Below, in pieces: positions 43,986 through 53,512 of a stretch of DNA of 64,000 bases (the stretch's first letter is position 1; each line of letters opens with the position of its first letter). The stretch is taken from positions 248,001 to 312,000 of the IMG/VR virus record IMGVR_UViG_3300027985_000843; one strand, written 5' to 3'. A model generated the notes under the pieces. That model had not been told where the DNA came from, ran no database searches, and was given only the letters and a program-made list of their open reading frames with translations. The translations under genes were made by a program, and so were the position numbers.

Positions 43986-44360
43986 ATGAGATCACCAGCC
44001 CTCTTGTTTGCCCTCGCCGTTCTCTTGACCGGGTGCCCTCCAACCAAGGTGAAGGCACCACCGACGCCCCCGCCCGACTCCGACTGGTGCGACGACATGT
44101 GCTACTGGATCGGGCCCGATCATCTCAACTGCGAAGAAGGGCAGAAGGTCTACAACTCCGACCTCCCCGGCCCCGATGGCGTGCCCAATCAGGAATGTGT
44201 GGACTGGTGTCACGAATTGCAGGACCCTGAGCACCTGTACTTCGTCAACCCCAAGTGCGTGAGCGAAGTCACGAGTTGCAGCCAAATCGAAGAGGCTCGC
44301 AAGCGAGACTACACGACGTGCGCGGGCAAGCCCATGCCGGAGCCGGCAGTAGCGCCGTGA
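43986..44360 (+). CDS. Cys-rich lipoprotein
   Basis: lipobox LLTGC. Confidence 0.7.
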   Translation: MRSPALLFALAVLLTGCPPTKVKAPPTPPPDSDWCDDMCYWIGPDHLNCEEGQKVYNSDLPGPDGVPNQECVDWCHELQDPEHLYFVNPKCVSEVTSCSQIEEARKRDYTTCAGKPMPEPAVAP

Positions 44361-44593
44361 TCAAGCAGGGATTCGTGCGAGCTTGCCATTGGTGCGGGCA
44401 GCTCATCAACGTGAGCGTTCAGGACCCTGTCATCGCTCACGCAGACGGACCCTATCACACGGAGTGTTCCAAGCTGAGATACCTGGAGATCAGCGAGGGT
44501 AAGCCCAGAACCCCCAAGGGGGAAGGACGGCGGCCGAAGCAGGCGAAGCCTGTACCCTCAAGGCCGACCCAGTACACTATCCCTGGCCTGTGA
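44357..44593 (+). CDS. small Zn-binding hypothetical protein
   Basis: CHWC...HTEC. Confidence 0.5.
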   Translation: MIKQGFVRACHWCGQLINVSVQDPVIAHADGPYHTECSKLRYLEISEGKPRTPKGEGRRPKQAKPVPSRPTQYTIPGL

Positions 44594-45047
44594 GATTGTC
44601 CAGGGCCCGAGCGAACTCATCGTTGGACAGGGGGATCATCCCGTTCACCGAGCCCCGATTCGCCCTCACCGTCTGAATGCACTGGCTCCCAGGCCAACCG
44701 TACAACATGTGCAGCGCGATGCTCGTCACGAGCCCAGATCTGTTCAGACCGGCGGCACACGTCACGAGTACCTTCTTCCCCTCTTGGACAGCCGAGGCCA
44801 CTCTGCGAGCTGCGGAAATGGCCGTCTGAAGCTTGTTTTTGGTCAGGTGTCCGAAGGCTGGGTGATCGTCGTTGGGAGCGTGAATTACCTGGACGTCCGG
44901 GAAGTACACGCTCGGCGGTTGGATTTCACGAGCGCACAGCACGAGAACGTCGAACCCGCCCTCAGCTACCGCAGTTCCGTACGGGGGAGCCCCTCCCTGC
45001 CACAGGTTGGGGGCGATCTCATGTGCATCTAGTGTCGGATGTTTCAC
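44577..45047 (-). CDS. dual-specificity protein phosphatase
   Basis: VLVTCAAGLNRSG (CX5R). Confidence 0.85.
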   Translation of the reverse strand: MKHPTLDAHEIAPNLWQGGAPPYGTAVAEGGFDVLVLCAREIQPPSVYFPDVQVIHAPNDDHPAFGHLTKNKLQTAISAARRVASAVQEGKKVLVTCAAGLNRSGLVTSIALHMLYGWPGSQCIQTVRANRGSVNGMIPLSNDEFARALDNLTGQG

Positions 45048-45075
45048 GCTAAAGACGAGGCATCGAAAGTTTTTT

Positions 45076-45104
45076 CCGAACTGTTCCCGAGCCCCGTCGT
45101 AGTA
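45076..45104 (+). promoter_or_regulatory. ECF-type promoter-like motif
   Basis: CCGAAC-N16-CGTAGTA, ATG 5 nt downstream. Confidence 0.75.
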
Positions 45105-45109
45105 CGGGC

Positions 45110-45469
45110 ATGCAAGCCACCATCATCTACAGCAAGTCAGACCTTCCCGAAGACGACAGCAACGATCCTCGCAACGAGTGGGCAACCCGCGACGGGCAGA
45201 AGTTCCGCCCTTCCACGGCGACTTTCATTCGATCTGTTGGGGGTGTTCGCCCGGACCGCCCGGACCTCTACGAAGTCGTGACCACCGTCGAGTTGGACGC
45301 GGATACCGAGGAGCAGGCCGCTGGCAAGCTCTTCGAGCAGTTCAACATCGGTGACCGGGCTGGCTGCCGCTGCCGTTCGATGTCGGTCGGCGACGTGATC
45401 AAGTTCGACACTGGCAAGTCCCTTGTGGTCAAGGGTGTCGGTTGGGGCGAGGTCGAGAGCCCTCTGTGA
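45110..45469 (+). CDS. YodL-like hypothetical protein
   Basis: LFEQFN...RSMSVGDVI. Confidence 0.6.
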   Translation: MQATIIYSKSDLPEDDSNDPRNEWATRDGQKFRPSTATFIRSVGGVRPDRPDLYEVVTTVELDADTEEQAAGKLFEQFNIGDRAGCRCRSMSVGDVIKFDTGKSLVVKGVGWGEVESPL

Positions 45470-45482
45470 GGGGAGGAACTGC

Positions 45483-45692
45483 ATGGATGCACAGATGAAG
45501 AAGCTGGTCAAGACGGCCAAAGAGCAGGGTTGGCTTATCGAGAAGACGGAGAACAATCACTGGATGTTCGTCCCCCCTGACGGGGGTCGGATCATATACA
45601 CGGGAAGTACGCCTTCCGACTCTCGGTCTCGACGCAACCTGATTGCAGACCTTCGGCGCGGGGGTCTGAAGACTGACAAGAGGTTCTCATGA
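45483..45692 (+). CDS. HicA-like dsRBD-fold small protein
   Basis: GW......NHW.F.......GSTPSD...RNL.ADLRR. Confidence 0.65.
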   Translation: MDAQMKKLVKTAKEQGWLIEKTENNHWMFVPPDGGRIIYTGSTPSDSRSRRNLIADLRRGGLKTDKRFS

Positions 45693-47128
45693 CGCACGCA
45701 CTGGTAGTCGACAAGGCAGGGTTGGCGAAGAAGCTCGCCAACAAGCCCAAGGCGCATCTCATCTTCGAGTTGATTCAGAATGCGTGGGATGAGGACGTGA
45801 GCCGGGTGGAGGTCTCCATGGAAATGCTCCCCGGCCGCCCAGTATGCCGCGTCTGTGTGGAAGACGACAACCCTGAGGGGTTCGAGGATCTGGCGAGCGT
45901 TTACACGCTCTTCAAGGACTCGAAGAAGGCCGCCGACCCCACGAAGCGTGGCCGGTTCGAGATTGGTGAAAAGCTCGTGGCCGCCATAGCCATTCGCATG
46001 GAGGTCGTGACCACGAAGGGGTGTGTCGTCATCGAAGGCAACGAGCGAAAGACCGCTCGCAACAAGCTCAAGGCAGGGTCCGCCGTGATGGTCGACCTTC
46101 GTATGACCCGGGAAGAGTTCCGGGAGGTCGAGGCCCAGATCTACCGGCTCATCCCGCCGATCGGCATCACGACGATCTTCCAGGGAGAAGAGCTGTCGGT
46201 GCGTAAGCCTCTGCGGACCTTCACTACGACGCTCCAGACCATTCGGAGCGACGCGGATGGGAACCTTCGGCCCACGTCTCGCAAGACGGAGGTCAGCGTG
46301 TATGAGCCACTTGCGGGTGAGGTCCCCAGCATCTACGAGATGGGCATCCCCATCACCGAGACTGGCGACAAGTGGCACTACGATGTGCAGCAGCGCGTGC
46401 CGATAAATTGGGAACGGGACCGTGTGCCTCCGAGCTACCTGCGGACTCTCCGGGTCGAGGTCCTCAATGCCATGCACGAGCAAATCCTGAAGGAATCCTC
46501 CGACGCCCTCTGGGTTACGGAAGGTCTCCAGGACGAGCGGTGCACGCAGGAAGCCGTGAAAGACATCAAGGTCAAGCGGTTCGGGGAGAAGACTGTCATC
46601 CAAGACCCAAGCGACCCTGAGGCAAACAAGGAAGCCACTGCACACGGCTACACAGTCATCCCCGGTGCCGCCCTCCCAAAGGGTGCCTGGAACAACCTAC
46701 GCAGCATCGTGAAGCCGGCCGGTCAAGTGTTCCCGACGCCGCCGGTGTATGACGAGAATGGGAAGAGTGAGAAGCTCATCCCGCCCGAGGAGCGGACGAA
46801 GGACATGACCCGTGTTGCCATCTTCGCCTCTCGTCTCTTTCGGGAACTCGTGGGCGAGCACCTCGTGGTTCACATCGCCAACGAGCCCCGCATCTGGTGG
46901 ACTGCCAACTGCGGGCCCCGAGGCATCCTGACCCTGAACTACGGCAAGCTCGGAGCCCACTGGTTTGGACGGCCGAACCGGAGCGAGGAGATTCTGGATC
47001 TGCTCATCCACGAGTTTGCTCACTACACGGAGCCCGATCACCTCAGCAAGGGCTATCACAAGGCATTGACACGCCTTGCCGCCAAGCTCGCCAACCTCTG
47101 CCTCGACGACCCGGAGTTGTTCCAATGA
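45689..47128 (+). CDS. GHKL ATPase with C-terminal HEXXH
   Basis: ELIQNAWD, EDDNPEG, RGRFEIGEK; LIHEFAH. Confidence 0.8.
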   Translation: MTHALVVDKAGLAKKLANKPKAHLIFELIQNAWDEDVSRVEVSMEMLPGRPVCRVCVEDDNPEGFEDLASVYTLFKDSKKAADPTKRGRFEIGEKLVAAIAIRMEVVTTKGCVVIEGNERKTARNKLKAGSAVMVDLRMTREEFREVEAQIYRLIPPIGITTIFQGEELSVRKPLRTFTTTLQTIRSDADGNLRPTSRKTEVSVYEPLAGEVPSIYEMGIPITETGDKWHYDVQQRVPINWERDRVPPSYLRTLRVEVLNAMHEQILKESSDALWVTEGLQDERCTQEAVKDIKVKRFGEKTVIQDPSDPEANKEATAHGYTVIPGAALPKGAWNNLRSIVKPAGQVFPTPPVYDENGKSEKLIPPEERTKDMTRVAIFASRLFRELVGEHLVVHIANEPRIWWTANCGPRGILTLNYGKLGAHWFGRPNRSEEILDLLIHEFAHYTEPDHLSKGYHKALTRLAAKLANLCLDDPELFQ

Positions 47129-47451
47129 AGGCTGTTCCCGAAGATCGGGTTGTGTGCCCGCACTGCAAGAAGAGGCTCATAGAGCCTCACTACAAGACTT
47201 TCTCTGGAATGCGCTTGATTCGAGAGGTCAACGGAAAGAACCTGTACGAAGTCAGGTGCCACCTCTGCGGGTGCGTGTTCGACGTCGCCCCAAGCAAGCC
47301 CAGGTCCAAGAAGCCGGTGCGACACATGGTCACCAACTTCGTCGGGGGTTACGGCAAGACGAAGTGCGGCATCTACTCGACCGAGGTGGTGGCGTACAGC
47401 CACGAGGTCACCTGTAAACGGTGCCGCAAGGCACTAGGACTCCCGGTGTAG
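47125..47451 (+). CDS. Zn-binding hypothetical protein
   Basis: CPHC, CHLC, CKRC. Confidence 0.5.
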   Translation: MKAVPEDRVVCPHCKKRLIEPHYKTFSGMRLIREVNGKNLYEVRCHLCGCVFDVAPSKPRSKKPVRHMVTNFVGGYGKTKCGIYSTEVVAYSHEVTCKRCRKALGLPV

Positions 47452-47460
47452 GTTCCAGCC

Positions 47461-48408
47461 ATGCATACCCCTGCAACCCTCACCGGGCTGGCCGTAGGCG
47501 ATGCTCTCGGCATGCCCTTCGAGACCAAATATTCGGAGGACCCGACCCTGCTGAACTGGGACGGGTCCTTCCAGGCGGGCCGGTTCAAGGCAGGCCAATA
47601 CACAGACGACACCCAGATGGCTTCGGCCCTGACGCAAAGCCTGCTCGCCAACGGGGTCTACTCCCCTGTCGACGTGGCTGCCCGCTACAGGAGGCTGTTC
47701 ATCAGCGACACCGACCCGATCAGGGGGCCGGGGGAGACCACTCGCAAAGCGATGAATAACCTCGGCATGCTCCCGTGGATTCAATCGGGCATCACCAACG
47801 CCGAGGGAAACGGCACGGCTATGCGAATCGCTCCTCTCGGTCTCTTCTACTATAACAACATCGAAGCCGCCGTGGCCTTCGCAAAGCTCGATGCCAACAT
47901 CACGCACAACAGCCACGAGGCCCGAACTGGTTCCGCTGCTGTTGTGATCGCTATTGCTGGAATGCTCCAGGGCAAGCTCGACAAATCCAATCTGATCTAC
48001 CGTGTAGCCGATTGGCTCCCCGAGTCAAGGATTCAGACTGCCCTCCGCACGTACGCGGCCAAAGTCGACGAAGGTGTTCCCCAAAGGAAGGGGCGAACCA
48101 TCGAGAACACCGGGCCTTGGGCGTGCTACACAGTACCCGCCGCCTTCGTAGCTTTCTGTGCCACTGACAGCTTTCAAAGCGCAGTCGAGATGGCTGTTCG
48201 GTCAGGCGGGGACACCGATACCGTTGCCGCCATCACCGGAGCCTTGGCTGGAACCTATTACGGGTGGGAGCAGGTGGAACCGTATGTTCTCAATCCGCGC
48301 GAGGTCGGGCTTGAGGACGGTTGGCGTCTTCGAGACATGGAGAGGGAGCTTTTCGACAAGGCTCCTTCGGTGTATGGACAGGTCGACCTTCCGTTGCGAA
48401 AGCCCTGA
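47461..48408 (+). CDS. ADP-ribosylglycohydrolase (ARH/DraG family)
   Basis: GDALG, YTDDTQM, GNGTAMR, GGDTDT. Confidence 0.9.
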   Translation: MHTPATLTGLAVGDALGMPFETKYSEDPTLLNWDGSFQAGRFKAGQYTDDTQMASALTQSLLANGVYSPVDVAARYRRLFISDTDPIRGPGETTRKAMNNLGMLPWIQSGITNAEGNGTAMRIAPLGLFYYNNIEAAVAFAKLDANITHNSHEARTGSAAVVIAIAGMLQGKLDKSNLIYRVADWLPESRIQTALRTYAAKVDEGVPQRKGRTIENTGPWACYTVPAAFVAFCATDSFQSAVEMAVRSGGDTDTVAAITGALAGTYYGWEQVEPYVLNPREVGLEDGWRLRDMERELFDKAPSVYGQVDLPLRKP

Positions 48409-48436
48409 TGTAGGGTGAGCACCAAAGGAGAAGATC

Positions 48437-48931
48437 ATGTCTCTTGTCGAAATCAAAGGCGACGCCACGAAACCCGCCGGCTCCGGGCCGAAGATCATCA
48501 TGCATTGCTGCAATGACCTAGGTCGTTGGGGCGCAGGGTTCACGGGATCCTTGAACAAGCTGTCCGAAAAGCCCATGGCTGCCTACCTCGCTTGGTACAA
48601 TCGGCAAGACATGCCCGAGGGTGTCGAGATGACCGGGGCCATGGGGCTCGGAGAATCCCAGCTGGTCCAGGTCGCCGATGACTTGTGGGTCGCCAACATC
48701 ATCGGTCAGCACGGTGTGGGGATGGGCTCGGGAGGCCGGGCTCCCATCCGATACGACGCCCTCCGAAAGGGCCTCGTCGCGGTACACCGGTGGGCTGGCA
48801 TTCACAAGGCATCTGTCCACGCCCCTCGCATTGGGGCCGGGCTTGCTGGAGGGCACTGGGGAAACATCAAGGCCCTGATCCAGACCGAGATTTCGGGACG
48901 CGGGGTCCCCGTCAACATCTACATTCTGTGA
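48437..48931 (+). CDS. macrodomain protein
   Basis: GDAT, HCCNDLGRWGAGF, PRIGAGLAGG. Confidence 0.9.
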   Translation: MSLVEIKGDATKPAGSGPKIIMHCCNDLGRWGAGFTGSLNKLSEKPMAAYLAWYNRQDMPEGVEMTGAMGLGESQLVQVADDLWVANIIGQHGVGMGSGGRAPIRYDALRKGLVAVHRWAGIHKASVHAPRIGAGLAGGHWGNIKALIQTEISGRGVPVNIYIL

Positions 48932-48938
48932 GCAATCC

Positions 48939-49199
48939 ATGTGCCGACAGTACCGAGAAGATGGCGTTCCGCAACGCCGAGCTGACGGAATACTCGTCTG
49001 GAGAACAGACGGGGTCGACTGTTCCGTCAAGCCCTTCTGCACTCAGAACGGCGAGCCTTTCGAATGGCTGTGTGTACTGGGCACCATAGGACCGCAGGGT
49101 CAGATACGAGTCACAGGCTCCGCCAAGACAGAGGACGAGGCCATACGAAAGGCCGACAAGTACGCAGAAGCTATCCATCGAGTGTACTACGAAGCATGA
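48939..49199 (+). CDS. hypothetical protein
   Basis: 86 aa, coupled to next gene. Confidence 0.5.
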   Translation: MCRQYREDGVPQRRADGILVWRTDGVDCSVKPFCTQNGEPFEWLCVLGTIGPQGQIRVTGSAKTEDEAIRKADKYAEAIHRVYYEA

Positions 49200-50146
49200 A
49201 GAAGAACCTGCGCATCGGCATCATCGTAGGCACGGCCATCGGAGCCCTTGTCGGAGCCTCCGCTGTTGCCCGTCATACCCGGCCTCAGCCGGAAGCCTCA
49301 CTGCCGCCACCAGAAGCCCCCTCAGCGGTCGTTTCGGTTCCGGTAGTGGCACCGACAGCCTCCGAGGCGCCCAAGCCATCCAAGAGGCTCCTGGGGCAGT
49401 ACACGACCGTCTACAAGACGGACATGAAGGACGCCCGGGTGACGAACATCGAGCTGTCAGCAAGCAAGCTCGACAACAGCGTCATTGAACCGGGCAAAGC
49501 ATGGAGCTTCAACAAGACGGTCGGCCCCCGAACCAAGGAATTGGGGTTCGATGACGCCCCCACCCTTCTGATGGGCGAAGTCATCCCTGGAGTTGGTGGG
49601 GGCGTGTGCCAGGTCAGCTCGACCCTGTTCGCAGCTGCCCTGCACATTGGGCTCGACCCAGTTCGGCGCGTTCCTCACAGTCGGCCGTCGAGCTACGTAC
49701 CAAAAGGGCTCGATGCTGCGGTGAACTACCCGGAGCAGTGTTGGAAGAGTCAGCAAGATCAGAACATCTGCTTCGATTTGCAGCTCAAGAACCCCTACAG
49801 CTTCCCGGTCGAAGTCCGAACGACAACCACCACGACTTCACCCACGACGCGAGAACTCACCGTCATGCTGTTCGGTGACGGTGATGTTGCCAAGGTCGAA
49901 ACCAAGTGGATCCAGTATGACACGCCTGGATTCAAACGGGTGTGGCGGAGGAACATCTGGAAGGCTGGCACCTGGAAGCGGAAGAAGCAAAAGGGCGAGG
50001 CCGGCCTCACAGGGGCACGTATCATCGACACCTTGTGGCCTGACGGTCACAAGACACACGAAATCCTGGTGAGCCGCTACCGGCCTCAGAACGAAGTGTG
50101 GTGGGTTGGCAAAGACTGGGACGGCGGTGACCCTTGGGGTCAGTAA
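49196..50146 (+). CDS. membrane-anchored VanW-like protein
   Basis: R..NI, WSFNKTVGPR, GGGVCQVSSTL, HS..S.Y...GLDAAV. Confidence 0.85.
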   Translation: MKKNLRIGIIVGTAIGALVGASAVARHTRPQPEASLPPPEAPSAVVSVPVVAPTASEAPKPSKRLLGQYTTVYKTDMKDARVTNIELSASKLDNSVIEPGKAWSFNKTVGPRTKELGFDDAPTLLMGEVIPGVGGGVCQVSSTLFAAALHIGLDPVRRVPHSRPSSYVPKGLDAAVNYPEQCWKSQQDQNICFDLQLKNPYSFPVEVRTTTTTTSPTTRELTVMLFGDGDVAKVETKWIQYDTPGFKRVWRRNIWKAGTWKRKKQKGEAGLTGARIIDTLWPDGHKTHEILVSRYRPQNEVWWVGKDWDGGDPWGQ

Positions 50147-50214
50147 CTTACGACATAGTTACCAAAGCACTGTGCTTTGGTCGATAGAGGAGCCTGAGGG
50201 CTCGGGAGGTTAGT

Positions 50215-51405
50215 ATGGTGAAGTTTCGAGCATTTTCCGTGCTGTTGTTCCTGCTGGCGTTGATTGGTTGTTCGGTGGAAGCGGGCCCACCGGAGGAATC
50301 CACCGGTCAGACGGCGTCCCAGCTGCCGGGGTTCTTCGAGGACTGGGATCAGACAAACAGCTTCCAGTTCGGCACCTATCGCGGCGTCACGGTTTTCCCG
50401 ACCAGCATCCAGTACCTGACGCGAATCCACATGGTGGCGATCGACAGCAGTGGCTACCTGTACTGGGCCGCCTTCGACGAGGAGGGAGACGACCTGGATA
50501 CGGCTACGGGGCATGGCTGGAACATCGTGCCCGGCCAGTCCAGCACCACAGCGATCAAGTCGACGAGCGTGCCTGCCGTCATGCGGTGTGGTACCGTGTA
50601 CTACATCTACACGATTCGCGCGAACGGCACTCCTCAGTATGTGATCTACGACCTCACGGACACGGCAGTCCCGCCAGACCCCGCCCTACAGTACGGCGTG
50701 TGGGGCACGTGGACTGCTATGCCTATCGGCTACAAGCTGACCTACGATCACGTGGCCGCGACGGACAATTGCACATCCATGCTGACGCTCAAGATGTCTG
50801 GCGGGTCTCCCGTGTACGCTCTGGGCTCCTACACCTCGTGGGCGGGACCCTACGCCATGGACACGTTGCCGACCGGCAGCACCGGGATGCTTAGCACGGC
50901 TGAGTGGAACGGCGGGCGTCAAGCCTTCGTCGAGGCCAATGGCAAGTTCTACGTCAGCACCTACGACGCAGGGAGCTGCTCCACGCAGGGGTCGCACTGC
51001 TGGAACGGATGGACGCAACTTCCGGCCTTGAGCACCTACGGCGTGAGTAAGCCCATGCTTACCGCCAACAACATCCTCAACCCGATGGACAATTCCGACG
51101 GTCAGCTGTGCCTCACAGTGGCACACAGGTTGAAGAACTTGCAGTTCGGATTCCTTGGGCCTTGGGGTGTGTTCGAGCGTTGTACGATCGACGACAGTTG
51201 GGAAAGCTGGCATAGCCTGGGCACCTACAACAACACCGTAGACTTCACCAACGAGAACGTCCCTGCGACCTACTCGAAGGATACCTACTACGACTATCAG
51301 GGCGTGGGAGCCTACCACGGCTCTCGGTGGGTTTACGATGTCAACAACTGGACCTATGGCACCACGTGCCAGGTCAAGTACAACTACAGCATGTGGGATT
51401 ACTAG
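50215..51405 (+). CDS. secreted/lipoprotein, beta-rich
   Basis: signal peptide ending LIGC, AGGAGG-like SD, Trp/Tyr-rich. Confidence 0.7.
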   Translation: MVKFRAFSVLLFLLALIGCSVEAGPPEESTGQTASQLPGFFEDWDQTNSFQFGTYRGVTVFPTSIQYLTRIHMVAIDSSGYLYWAAFDEEGDDLDTATGHGWNIVPGQSSTTAIKSTSVPAVMRCGTVYYIYTIRANGTPQYVIYDLTDTAVPPDPALQYGVWGTWTAMPIGYKLTYDHVAATDNCTSMLTLKMSGGSPVYALGSYTSWAGPYAMDTLPTGSTGMLSTAEWNGGRQAFVEANGKFYVSTYDAGSCSTQGSHCWNGWTQLPALSTYGVSKPMLTANNILNPMDNSDGQLCLTVAHRLKNLQFGFLGPWGVFERCTIDDSWESWHSLGTYNNTVDFTNENVPATYSKDTYYDYQGVGAYHGSRWVYDVNNWTYGTTCQVKYNYSMWDY

Positions 51406-51408
51406 GCC

Positions 51409-51609
51409 GTGGAAACGATAACCCTCGAAGTCGACGGTGAGCCTCAGCTCGGGACTCTCGTCAAGGTTGTCTACGAGGGGCTTACCCTTGCTTGTGTCGT
51501 CACAGACAAGAGCGAGACGCACATCGAGGTTCGGAAGCAAGGTCACATGCTGGACACGCCCTTCATCTTCGACATGGCCGGCAAGTTCGATCGGTTCGGG
51601 TTCCTCTGA
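51409..51609 (+). CDS. hypothetical protein
   Basis: 66 aa, GTG start. Confidence 0.5.
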   Translation: METITLEVDGEPQLGTLVKVVYEGLTLACVVTDKSETHIEVRKQGHMLDTPFIFDMAGKFDRFGFL

Positions 51610-51624
51610 TACCCCACTGGGGGT

Positions 51625-51852
51625 ATGAGCGAAGCTCCCAAATTCATGCACGACTGTCAGAGCTGCGTCTTTCTCGGGCATCACGAGAAGCACGACCTGT
51701 ACTTCTGCCCGAAAGAACAAACCATCACGGCCCGGTTCGATCACGATGACTCGGACTGTGTCATTGCCCTCGCGGAAGAGCCCGTGGATCCTCTTCTGCG
51801 AGAAGCCTTCATTCGAGCCTGTGATCGGGGATTGATCCGCACAGATCGGTGA
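51625..51852 (+). CDS. small Cys/His-rich hypothetical protein
   Basis: HDCQSC.FLG....DLYFC. Confidence 0.6.
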   Translation: MSEAPKFMHDCQSCVFLGHHEKHDLYFCPKEQTITARFDHDDSDCVIALAEEPVDPLLREAFIRACDRGLIRTDR

Positions 51853-51873
51853 GGCTCGGTGTATGTAGAGCCT

Positions 51874-52506
51874 ATGACGAAATTCAGTGACATTAATCTG
51901 CTCGACGTAGGCAACACCATCCAGCTTGTCGGGGCCGTCTGGCAAGGCCCGGATGAGGTATATCTCTGCATGTTCCCAGAGAACCATGGTTTTCTTGAGG
52001 ACGCCTCAGCTCGTTTTATTGACGCCAACGAGGTCGCCACGTTCGTGAGTACACTGAACATGGACGTCGCAGAGTGGGAGCAGTTCATTCGGCAGACGGA
52101 CTTGCTGGAGACAGAGGTCCTCGCCAAGGCCGGAGACGGCAAACTCTCTAAGATCATCATCCGCAAGAGCGGACGACAGATCGCCCAAGAAGTTTCGTGG
52201 GAGGTCTATCATCGGGACGACTTCAAGTGCCGTTATTGCGGGGCCGGCCCGGGCATCCCCCTGACCATCGACCATCTGGTCCTCTGGGAGGAAGGGGGCC
52301 CAAGCACAGCAGCCAACTTGGTGGCTGCTGATAAAACCTGCAATCGTAAACGGGGCAACTTACCATACGATCAATGGCTGGAACACCCGTATTACAAGAA
52401 GGTGTCTGCAAACCTGACCGAGGAACAACGCGAAGCGAACCGGCGGCTGGCAGACACTCTGAAGGACATCCCGAGGATGGTCCACAAGCCGGGCAAGCGA
52501 AAGTAG
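51874..52506 (+). CDS. HNH nuclease domain protein
   Basis: CRYCG...TIDH...GG.....NLV......CN..RG. Confidence 0.8.
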   Translation: MTKFSDINLLDVGNTIQLVGAVWQGPDEVYLCMFPENHGFLEDASARFIDANEVATFVSTLNMDVAEWEQFIRQTDLLETEVLAKAGDGKLSKIIIRKSGRQIAQEVSWEVYHRDDFKCRYCGAGPGIPLTIDHLVLWEEGGPSTAANLVAADKTCNRKRGNLPYDQWLEHPYYKKVSANLTEEQREANRRLADTLKDIPRMVHKPGKRK

Positions 52507-52637
52507 TCTGCACCAAGTGTTGTACCCCGAAAGTTCGCACGGACTTCTCCCCGTCACTTAGAGTGCCGAGAGGCTCATACAGAAGCCGAGCGGCAGCGGC
52601 GAAAGTCCAAGAATGGCGGCCAAGCAAGGGCTTCAAG

Positions 52638-52877
52638 ATGAACATCTACTTGCACGACGATCCGAACGCTCCCGATTGGAAGCCGGGTCCTGATCCGCAA
52701 GGACCGACTCACATGGGCACAGTATGTGTGGAGTATGAATACCAAGCGGAAGAGTGGGTCAAGGACATCGAAGGTGGCGTACCCATGTGTGTGCGAGTGC
52801 ACGTCCCCGCCTTAGGTCGAGAGTGGGTTCGGATCAACGGCAAGATGGTTGAGCAGCCAAGGGTCCATCCGGTGTAA
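52638..52877 (+). CDS. hypothetical protein
   Basis: 79 aa. Confidence 0.45.
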   Translation: MNIYLHDDPNAPDWKPGPDPQGPTHMGTVCVEYEYQAEEWVKDIEGGVPMCVRVHVPALGREWVRINGKMVEQPRVHPV

Positions 52878-52885
52878 CTCCCAGG

Positions 52886-53212
52886 ATGGACTTCAACACA
52901 TACGAACAGCACGCGGCGTCAACGGCCATCTATCCGAACAGAGGCAGCAACCTCCCCTACGCAGTCCTTGGGTTGGCAGGGGAGACCGGCGAGGTCGCCG
53001 AGAAGGTCAAGAAGCTGCTCAGAGGTGACAGGGTGATGGACGATGACTACAGGCAGCTCATCAAGAAAGAGCTTGGTGACGTCTTGTGGTACATCGCTGC
53101 CGTGTGCCACGAAACTGGATTGAGCATGGACGAGGTCGCTGAAGCGAACGTCCGGAAATTGGCGTCCCGCAAAGAGCGCGGGCTGCTGCACGGAGAAGGA
53201 GACAACAGATGA
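52886..53212 (+). CDS. MazG-like nucleotide pyrophosphohydrolase
   Basis: GLAGETGEVAEKVKK...KELGDVLWY. Confidence 0.9.
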   Translation: MDFNTYEQHAASTAIYPNRGSNLPYAVLGLAGETGEVAEKVKKLLRGDRVMDDDYRQLIKKELGDVLWYIAAVCHETGLSMDEVAEANVRKLASRKERGLLHGEGDNR

Positions 53213-53499
53213 ATGCGAAGCCCCTCTATGACAAGATCGTTGTTCGACGCGATGAGGCCGAGAGCGTCACGGCCGGCGGCATCTTCCTCCCCGAGATCGC
53301 CAAACGCAAGACCCGTCACGGTAGGGTCCTGGCCGTGGGCAACGGCCAAGTGTTGCCGAACGGGAAAGTCCGACCCCTCGACGTCTCCGTGGGCGACACG
53401 GTCTACTTCCGTGGAACCGCCGGTCAAGAGATCAAGATCGACGATGAGACCCTGCTGATGCTTCGAGAGGATGAGGTCGAAGCCGTCGGTCGAGAGTAG
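53209..53499 (+). CDS. groES: co-chaperonin GroES
   Basis: KPLYDKIVV, TAGGIFLP, VLAVGNG, VGDTV, LMLREDEV. Confidence 0.95.
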   Translation: MNAKPLYDKIVVRRDEAESVTAGGIFLPEIAKRKTRHGRVLAVGNGQVLPNGKVRPLDVSVGDTVYFRGTAGQEIKIDDETLLMLREDEVEAVGRE

Positions 53500-53512
53500 C
53501 AACGAGGTTGGG

